From IMG/VR virus record IMGVR_UViG_3300044825_002216: a DNA stretch of 21,713 bases. One strand, given 5' to 3'. Shown here one piece after another: positions 15,535 to 21,713 of this stretch (position 1 is its first letter; each line of letters begins with the position of its first letter). This DNA comes from an uncultured virus (IMG/VR IMGVR_UViG_3300044825_002216). Lineage: Duplodnaviria > Heunggongvirae > Uroviricota > Caudoviricetes. Under the pieces are notes generated by a model. The model searched no databases and was not told the DNA's origin. It saw only the letters and a list, made by a program, of their open reading frames with translations. The position numbers were made by a program, and so were the translations under genes.

Positions 15535-15909
15535 ATGACGCTCATCGACAAGTACGCGCTCCGGCAAGGTGCGCAGGTGAACACAGAGCTCTTGCACAAG
15601 GTTGTGCGGTACCTCGTGACGGGTGCTCCCGTGGGCAACGAGTACATGCTGAGCTTGTTCTCCATCTCGCACGACAAACAGGTTCCTGGCCTAGCTCGCG
15701 GGGCGGGGTGGGCCTGGCTGCCGGATCACAACGCCTTCTTTCGGTGGCTCTCCGAAGAGTACGACCTGCCGAACCCTCCGCAGGGAGCCCGCGCCGCGAT
15801 TCGCGTGGCGGACGCAGTGGCTTGGATGGAGAAGGTCACCGAAGCGGCAGCGACACGCAGGGCCATCGTAGCGATGGCACCGGAGGACGAAGCAGATGCC
15901 GTACGATGA
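15535..15909 (+). CDS. W-x10-R array member 5
   Basis: C-terminus WMEKVTEAAATRRAIV. Confidence 0.75.
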   Translation: MTLIDKYALRQGAQVNTELLHKVVRYLVTGAPVGNEYMLSLFSISHDKQVPGLARGAGWAWLPDHNAFFRWLSEEYDLPNPPQGARAAIRVADAVAWMEKVTEAAATRRAIVAMAPEDEADAVR

Positions 15910-16342
15910 ATCGCAGACTCCTCTGCGGCTGATCCCATACGTGGAGACTAATGGCATGCCCCTACTGTGGAATGCTTGCGCGTCGGTGCGCCTGATCCGC
16001 GTACGGATGCAGGCGCACTACTCACTCAACCTGACCTGCTTCGACGTGGGGTGGAACAGGAAGCCCCGTATTGACGACGAGGAATACGTGGCGTCGCTCG
16101 GGCTGACGGTCGATGACAGCCACAGCGTGCCCGCGAGCAGCTTGGCGAAGTTCGCACCCGAAGCAGCGCGCGTGCTCGGAATCGAGTGGTGCGTCCCTGA
16201 GTGGAATCCCGAGTGGACTAAGTGGTCCGACGAGATGCAGTCCTGGTTCCTCGCTTACTTCGAGGCTAGGAACACGAACCTCGCTCTGATGGGGTTCGAG
16301 ATCGAGCCAGACAGCTCTTCGTACGGCGGTCCTGGGCTATGA
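15896..16342 (+). CDS. W-x10-R array member 6 (N in place of R)
   Basis: C-terminus WFLAYFEARNTNLALMG. Confidence 0.75.
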   Translation: MPYDESQTPLRLIPYVETNGMPLLWNACASVRLIRVRMQAHYSLNLTCFDVGWNRKPRIDDEEYVASLGLTVDDSHSVPASSLAKFAPEAARVLGIEWCVPEWNPEWTKWSDEMQSWFLAYFEARNTNLALMGFEIEPDSSSYGGPGL

Positions 16343-16719
16343 AACCGAAGGATGAGCCTAACTACGAGAAGCTGCTCCCGATGCCCTTCAGCTCCTTCTC
16401 ATACTACACCCGCGAGTGGGACATCGAGTTCGGGGTGAAGTGCGTTCTCAGCGAACGCGCTCCAGCGCCGTCGTGGATGCACTGCATCGACAAGTCGCGC
16501 AGGAGCGTTCTCTACTATCGAGACGGCCGAGACCGCGTGGACTTCGCCAACGCTTGTGCGCGAGCACACGGTCTCGATATCCCGCTGCTCACCGAGGAAG
16601 ACCTAGCGCCCTGCAACAGGCAGGTCTTCCTAGAGTGGATGGGCAGCTACTTCGATCAGGTGCGGGCTCGATACGTCATCATGGGTGCAGACACGTCCAC
16701 CACGAACGGAGACGAGTGA
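16339..16719 (+). CDS. W-x10-R array member 7
   Basis: CARAHG ... WMGSYFDQVRARYVIMGA. Confidence 0.8.
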   Translation: MKPKDEPNYEKLLPMPFSSFSYYTREWDIEFGVKCVLSERAPAPSWMHCIDKSRRSVLYYRDGRDRVDFANACARAHGLDIPLLTEEDLAPCNRQVFLEWMGSYFDQVRARYVIMGADTSTTNGDE

Positions 16720-17081
16720 TGCTCGTGCTACCGCTGCCTGCCGCCGACTACACGGCGTTCCCGCTGAGCACTGACCTGTCCTTCGCTATGAAGGCTTTGG
16801 GCAGGCACGCACGCATCCCGTTGGGATTGTTTCACTGCGTGCCCAATATTGCGATCCGCGTAACCTCGCGCGAAGATCAGGCAGCGGCACTCATGCAGTG
16901 CGCAAACGCGCACGGCGTAGTGTGCGAAGCCTTGGAGAGCGCCTGGCTGCCGCCGTTCCGCCTAAACGATCCGCACCCCTCGGTTGCGGAAGCGACGAAG
17001 CTGGAGCAGTGGCTCGTCAACTACTTCACGCAAGTACAAGTACGGTACGTGGTGCGGGGGGCGACAGACGACGCGCGTTGA
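16719..17081 (+). CDS. W-x10-R array member 8
   Basis: CANAHG ... WLVNYFTQVQVRYVVRGA; the clearest paralogue of member 7. Confidence 0.8.
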   Translation: MLVLPLPAADYTAFPLSTDLSFAMKALGRHARIPLGLFHCVPNIAIRVTSREDQAAALMQCANAHGVVCEALESAWLPPFRLNDPHPSVAEATKLEQWLVNYFTQVQVRYVVRGATDDAR

Positions 17082-17106
17082 CGTGTTGGGGGGTGCGTGG
17101 TACGAA
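17078..17106 (+). promoter_or_regulatory. Sigma70-type promoter
   Basis: TTGACG-N17-TACGAA with a TGn extended -10, directly upstream of the sigma gene. Confidence 0.6.
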
Positions 17107-17133
17107 AGGAAAGACTGCGAAAGAGGTAGGCCA

Positions 17134-17703
17134 GTGCGACAGAATGACAGGGAAAACTACGATCCGGCTGAGCTAAAACAGATGGTAACGATCGCTGGTC
17201 AGGCCAGCAAAAAGGTCGTCTCGATGGTGCCCTGGCTGTGCAGCGACGATCTCGCTCAGGCAGCCATCCTGGCGATGTGGCTGGCGCAGGATGACTTCGA
17301 CGGACGTGGTTCGTGGCAGGGGTTCATGCTCCGCGTCGCGATCCGTGCGTGCGCCCGAGAGGCTCGCCATCGCATGTCTCCGGTGTCGGGAGACGTTTCG
17401 CGAGTAGCGCCTCTCAAGGGTTTGCGCGGGGTGGAGTACGAAGACCACGGCTCGACCGAGCCCGCGCAGCACGAGCAAGTCTCGAAGACCCGCCTGTCGC
17501 GTGCGGTGCGGGGGCGTGTCGTTGGGTTGCTGTCCGACAGCGACGCGGTGTTCATCCTCGCATACCAAGGGCACGAGCTCTCGACCGAGGACGCTGCCGA
17601 AGCGTTCGGCATGACGCAGGACGCGGTGAAGGCGCGCAGCTACCGGACGCGCAAGCGTCTGCGCGAAGACCCGGTTTTGAGGGCGCTGTGGACTCACAGC
17701 TAG
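17134..17703 (+). CDS. ECF-type RNA polymerase sigma factor
   Basis: Region 2 DDLAQAAILAMW..FDGRGSWQGFMLRVA and region 4 LSTEDAAEAFGMTQDAVKARSYRTRKRLR. GTG 17134 after GAGG is the inferred start. Confidence 0.85.
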   Translation: MRQNDRENYDPAELKQMVTIAGQASKKVVSMVPWLCSDDLAQAAILAMWLAQDDFDGRGSWQGFMLRVAIRACAREARHRMSPVSGDVSRVAPLKGLRGVEYEDHGSTEPAQHEQVSKTRLSRAVRGRVVGLLSDSDAVFILAYQGHELSTEDAAEAFGMTQDAVKARSYRTRKRLREDPVLRALWTHS

Positions 17704-17747
17704 ACCCATTGGAGTTCGAGTCCTCGCTCCGTGATGGGAGCAGCCCC

Positions 17748-18179
17748 ATGTCCTACTTCGGCGCGTACTGCCCAGCCACCGCGACTCTCTCCAACGCGAC
17801 GGTGGATCACGTAGAGCGAATCGTAGCGAGAATGTTCGACGGCCAGGACATCTTCATCCTCACCGCGTGGCCGGTGTTCGAGCTCCAGCATCCCAGGTTC
17901 GAGCCTGGGACTGCCACCGAAGTGATGCGCGAGCGCTACGGGGTGAATCTCACGGTCGTGGGGTACGGATGGGCCGACTATCGCGGCGATGCGGGTACGG
18001 TCCGCTTCGACATCGACGCCATCCGTAAGATGGTCGACCGCTCTCGCGAAGAAAACCCGTGGTTTCATTACCGGCCTACGCCGAAGCGCCTCACCAAGAG
18101 GTTTGTCACGGCGTATTGCTGGGCTCTTTATGAGGCTGCGCGCATTCGGCGTGCCCTGATGGGGGTGTCCGATGAGTAG
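17748..18179 (+). CDS. Hypothetical protein, probable ninth W-x10-R member (Y in place of W)
   Basis: GGGAG RBS; C-terminus YCWALYEAARIRRALMG. Confidence 0.7.
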   Translation: MSYFGAYCPATATLSNATVDHVERIVARMFDGQDIFILTAWPVFELQHPRFEPGTATEVMRERYGVNLTVVGYGWADYRGDAGTVRFDIDAIRKMVDRSREENPWFHYRPTPKRLTKRFVTAYCWALYEAARIRRALMGVSDE

Positions 18180-18426
18180 CTCGGAGGATCAAGCCTTCGA
18201 GGCAGCGACCGGAGACTTCATCGACGCGATCCGAGCAGAGATGACGGCCCAAGGGCTCACGTACACCGAGGTCGCGAAGCGCATGGGGACCGACCGGAGC
18301 ATGGTGTCTCGCACCTTGGACAAGGACGCTGGCAGCAAGCAGGGCCCTACGCTCTTGACCTTGGTGAAGATGGCTCAGGCGGTCGGTGCGAAGCTGCGCG
18401 TCTCCGTGGTACGGGAGCACACATGA
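18172..18426 (+). CDS. XRE-family HTH regulator
   Basis: GLTYTEVAKRMGTDRSMVSRTL..PTLLTLVKMAQAVG. Confidence 0.85.
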   Translation: MSSSEDQAFEAATGDFIDAIRAEMTAQGLTYTEVAKRMGTDRSMVSRTLDKDAGSKQGPTLLTLVKMAQAVGAKLRVSVVREHT

Positions 18427-19073
18427 AGATTCGCTACGAAGTCGTGCCCTGCGCGAAGATTCGCAGGCAGAGCCGCAACCCGAACCAGATGACCGCGGAG
18501 GAGTTCGCGCTCCTGCGGGCCTCGTTCAAGCAGTTCGGCTTCCTCGACCCGCTGCTGGTGTTCGAGCGGCCCGATGGGGAGTTCGAGCTGCTCGACGGGC
18601 ATCACCGTTTGGACGCAGCAATCGCGGAGGGGTTTACGGAGCTTCCCTGCGTCATCACCGACAAGCGGTCGAAGGATGCGGTGGACGCGATCCAGCTCGC
18701 GATGAACCGTAACCGGGGCCGCGTGCGCCTGGACATCGCGGAGCAGATTCTCCGAGAGCTGCGCGAGGAGGGCTGGGGCATCGAAGAGATGGCCGCCACC
18801 GGGTTCTCGGAGGCTGAGATCAACGACATGCTGCTGGAGGCCGACAAAGAGGCCGACAAGGCGGCGAAGTCCAAGCCCAAGAGCATCGGCGACGTGCTCG
18901 GGGAATCGGGCGCGGATAGGCCGTGGACCTTGGAGCTCAAGTTCACCACGCAAGCCGAGCTCACCGAGGTCAAGCGCGCGCTCAAGAAGGCGTCGGGCGG
19001 GGCCAAGGACGAGTCGCTGGGAGTGCTGCACCTGCTCAGGATGCAGAAGGAGGAAGAGGAAGATGCCGTTTAG
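18423..19073 (+). CDS. ParB/Srx N-terminal domain protein
   Basis: NPNQM, SFKQFGFLDPLLV and LLDGHHRL motifs. Confidence 0.85.
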   Translation: MKIRYEVVPCAKIRRQSRNPNQMTAEEFALLRASFKQFGFLDPLLVFERPDGEFELLDGHHRLDAAIAEGFTELPCVITDKRSKDAVDAIQLAMNRNRGRVRLDIAEQILRELREEGWGIEEMAATGFSEAEINDMLLEADKEADKAAKSKPKSIGDVLGESGADRPWTLELKFTTQAELTEVKRALKKASGGAKDESLGVLHLLRMQKEEEEDAV

Positions 19074-19386
19074 TCAAAAGCCCCCTGCGAACCCCAAGAA
19101 GGTTCGCAAGCACCTGGACGAGCTCGAAGTCCGCATGGCTAAGGAGGGCTTCGTCAACCCGTCGCGGGTCGCCGAGATTATGACCCTCGGCAAGCCCACC
19201 GTGTATCGGTGGATGCAGCAGGGCCACGTCGCGAAGATGGAGTGCCGCCAGCGAGTCTTCATGGACTTGAAGACCCTGCGCACCTTCCTGCGAGACCCGC
19301 TGATGAGCGACCGTATCGAGAAGTTCGCTGCGGACCTGATCGCGGAGCACGAAGCGGAGGGCTCCGATGAGCCCTCCATGGAGTAG
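19063..19386 (+). CDS. Excisionase/AlpA-like HTH DNA-binding protein
   Basis: VAEIMTLGKPTVYRWMQQG followed by a wing-like segment. Confidence 0.65.
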   Translation: MPFSQKPPANPKKVRKHLDELEVRMAKEGFVNPSRVAEIMTLGKPTVYRWMQQGHVAKMECRQRVFMDLKTLRTFLRDPLMSDRIEKFAADLIAEHEAEGSDEPSME

Positions 19387-19388
19387 CC

Positions 19389-19625
19389 ATGGATCAAGTG
19401 AACATGCGGCTTGTGCTCACCCTCGTGTTCGTGGGGTGGCCCGGCTTCTCGATCCTGTCTTCGCTCGCCAAGTCCCGGTACGACGGGCTCAGCGAAGGCG
19501 CACGACTGACCTTCTGGGGCGGGCTCTGGTATCGCACCAGGCAAGTGTGCAGCCTGCTCTCTTGGGGGTGCTTCGCCGCCCTGGTGCTCAGGGTGGTGTG
19601 GCTCGTGGCCCGGTGGTTCGCATGA
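19389..19625 (+). CDS. Small membrane protein with two hydrophobic segments
   Basis: GGAG RBS; coupled to the next gene by ATGA. Confidence 0.6.
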   Translation: MDQVNMRLVLTLVFVGWPGFSILSSLAKSRYDGLSEGARLTFWGGLWYRTRQVCSLLSWGCFAALVLRVVWLVARWFA

Positions 19626-20236
19626 GTCGAGTACAGAAGGGCGAGCGCGTCGCCATCCAAGAGTTCCATCCGACCGACCGAAGGATCAGCGCGATTCACA
19701 CAGGTGTCGTGAAGAAGGCTGGCGCCAACGGAGCTCAGGTGCAGTTCGATGATCGGGTGAAGTTCCCGAGAGAGGTGTGGGTGGTCGACTCACGGCTGCA
19801 CTTCGTTGTTCGAGAGGGCGACACGGAGCACGCACCGATTCTCTCGAAGACACGCGCACCACGCAGTTTTGCGTCGAGCATTGCCAAGCAACAGATCGAA
19901 CCGAAGACAGAGGAACCGATGGCGAACAAGCCGAGCGCGATGAACGGGGATGCCTTGGACCGCTTGATGAACTCGGGGATCGACCCGCTCAAGCTCTGGG
20001 AAGACCTGGGCACGAGGATCGCGGGGTCGATGACGCAAGAGCTGGCGTCGGCGAAAGCCGATGTCGCCAAGGCTACAGAAGAGAAAGTCATCGCAGACAA
20101 GCTCGTGAACGACGCCGTGGTCTCTCTCCGCAACGCGGAGACCATGGCAACCGCTGCGCGGCAGCAGCTCTACGACGCAGAGAACCGACTCGCTGACGTG
20201 GAGACGAAGATGGATCGCTTGCGAGCCGTAAGGTGA
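19622..20236 (+). CDS. Hypothetical protein with beta-rich N-terminus and coiled-coil C-terminus
   Basis: ATG 19622 overlaps the previous stop. Confidence 0.7.
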   Translation: MSRVQKGERVAIQEFHPTDRRISAIHTGVVKKAGANGAQVQFDDRVKFPREVWVVDSRLHFVVREGDTEHAPILSKTRAPRSFASSIAKQQIEPKTEEPMANKPSAMNGDALDRLMNSGIDPLKLWEDLGTRIAGSMTQELASAKADVAKATEEKVIADKLVNDAVVSLRNAETMATAARQQLYDAENRLADVETKMDRLRAVR

Positions 20237-20868
20237 CGTTCGACGAGCTGCCTGCCGATCAACAGGAGCTAGTCAGCCGCTACCTTGCGGCCTGGCTGAC
20301 GTACATCGACCCCGCAGTACCCATGAACCACGAGTCGGGAGTCAGGGCTGCTCAAGTCTTCGCACAGATGAGCGAGCAAGCGCAGCTCGTTGCGCGGAAG
20401 ATCAAGTGGGAACGTCGAGCGATCCTCACACTCGCGAAGGGGGTCGATAGCCTGACGTACGAAGAGCTGCTGCCGGAGGAGCAGGACCGGCTAGACAGAG
20501 CGCTGAGTCTCGCGACCGAATATCACGCAGACGTGGGAGACCTCAGCAGCGTCTCTGCTGAGTGGCACGCCTGCTGGAGGCTAATGTCGGAAGAGGAGCG
20601 CACGATATACAGCCACCTGTGGCGAGCGCGGCTAATCGCTCAGGGGGGTGACATGACGTACGAAGAGCTGCCCGACGATCGCAAGCAGATCGTCGACGAG
20701 TTCGTGGCCGAGCTCTGGGTCTACTGGAGCCTGCCGTTCGGTGATCCGAGAGAGCGGCTCGCATTTCGACGATGGGTCGCCGCTCACAGCCTGATGACCG
20801 AAGAAGAGCGTACGATCGGAGCGCACATACTCCAGACGCGCAGGGCCGCGCGCGATCCGTTGGAATGA
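20233..20868 (+). CDS. Protein made of three ~70-aa T(Y/F)(D/E)EL repeats
   Basis: Units start at 20233, 20452 and 20653. Confidence 0.8.
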   Translation: MTFDELPADQQELVSRYLAAWLTYIDPAVPMNHESGVRAAQVFAQMSEQAQLVARKIKWERRAILTLAKGVDSLTYEELLPEEQDRLDRALSLATEYHADVGDLSSVSAEWHACWRLMSEEERTIYSHLWRARLIAQGGDMTYEELPDDRKQIVDEFVAELWVYWSLPFGDPRERLAFRRWVAAHSLMTEEERTIGAHILQTRRAARDPLE

Positions 20869-21089
20869 TGTTGACCTACGATGACCTGAGCGATGACGAG
20901 AAGGCTCAGGTAGACGACATCCTCGCTCGCAGGCAGGTGTGGGTGGGGATGCCGAGAGACAACATCATACTGGCGGAGTACAGAAGGGACGCCTTCTGGA
21001 AGTGGATGGGCTTCAAGCAGAAGTCCCCTCCGCGCGTGCGTGAGGTGGTGAACGGCGTACTCGCTGTGAAGCGTTTGGCCGACGAGTAG
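20865..21089 (+). CDS. Stand-alone fourth copy of the repeat (74 aa)
   Basis: ATGA overlap; begins MMLTYDDLSDDEKAQVD. Confidence 0.75.
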   Translation: MMLTYDDLSDDEKAQVDDILARRQVWVGMPRDNIILAEYRRDAFWKWMGFKQKSPPRVREVVNGVLAVKRLADE

Positions 21090-21100
21090 TCTACCCCCTC

Positions 21101-21713
21101 ATGTGGCTGGAGTACCGCAACGCGGACACGCGCGCCGTCCGCATGACCGACGAAGAGGCCGCCTGGCTGCACAACTTCCTTGTGCTGCCCGACAAGGCTG
21201 GACACTTCGGACCGCAAGCGCGGACGGTCACGCTCTACGACCTACGCACGCAGACCTTCCCGTCTGGGCTGCTCCCCCTGGTGGTCGAGCAAGGCCGCAA
21301 GGAAGGCTACGAGATCGAGGTCCGCGACCTACGTGGCGTGAAGCCGATTCACGACACGAACGCAGACCTCGATTGGCTCTACGACCACCAGCAGGAAGCG
21401 GTGGAGCTGATCTTCGAGAAGGAGCGCGGGATCATCTGCGCGCCAACCGGATCAGGCAAAGGCGAGGTGATGTGCGCGCTCGCGCGCCTCTATCCGAAGG
21501 CGCACATCGTCTACCTCGTGGACCGCAAAGACCTGGTGGACAACATCGTCAAGCGCTTGAGGGAGCGTGTCAGCGAGAAGGTCGGGCAGGTTGGCGACAA
21601 CGTGCGCGACATTCAACGCCTGACGGTCTGCAACGCACACAGCCTCCGCAAGCCGATCAAGACCGGATCGCTCGGGTGGTTCTTCACCCGTACGACCATC
21701 TTGGTGATCGACG
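21101..21713 (+). CDS. SF2 DExD/H helicase, UvsW-like, 3'-truncated
   Basis: Not in the ORF track because it runs off the end. TFPSGLL, Q-motif LYDHQQEAV, Walker A APTGSGKG, and ILVID at the window edge. Confidence 0.88.
   Translation, partial: MWLEYRNADTRAVRMTDEEAAWLHNFLVLPDKAGHFGPQARTVTLYDLRTQTFPSGLLPLVVEQGRKEGYEIEVRDLRGVKPIHDTNADLDWLYDHQQEAVELIFEKERGIICAPTGSGKGEVMCALARLYPKAHIVYLVDRKDLVDNIVKRLRERVSEKVGQVGDNVRDIQRLTVCNAHSLRKPIKTGSLGWFFTRTTILVID

Noticed and set aside
19389..19625. Holin call for the small membrane protein
   Set aside because: No endolysin or lysis context in the window.

Overview
GC-rich (about two-thirds GC by eye), densely packed window with every credible gene on the + strand and many ATGA/GTGA stop-start overlaps. 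It reads as the early/middle region of a bacteriophage or prophage; no structural genes or integrase are visible and the host cannot be identified. Recognisable genes are a MoxR-like AAA+ ATPase, a radical SAM enzyme, a DUF2201-type peptidase-like/vWA protein whose HExxH motif is degenerate, a DUF3150/DUF6744-like protein, an ECF-type sigma factor, two HTH proteins, a ParB/Srx-domain protein and a truncated UvsW-like SF2 helicase. The unexplained structure is more striking than the genes. (1) An ~830-nt non-coding region holds two inverted copies of a 60-nt hairpin that differ by six fully compensatory base-pair changes, within a larger mirror-symmetric layout. (2) A CGGTAG-[variable hairpin]-TCTCCGTGA element occurs at three gene junctions of the AAA/vWA operon. 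(3) A tandem array of 8-9 divergent small proteins shares a C-terminal W-x10-R helix. (4) There are two further paralogue/repeat families, a shared 31-bp promoter-like motif and a gene bracketed by 32-bp junction repeats. All family calls come from motifs recognised by eye; no database search was run.
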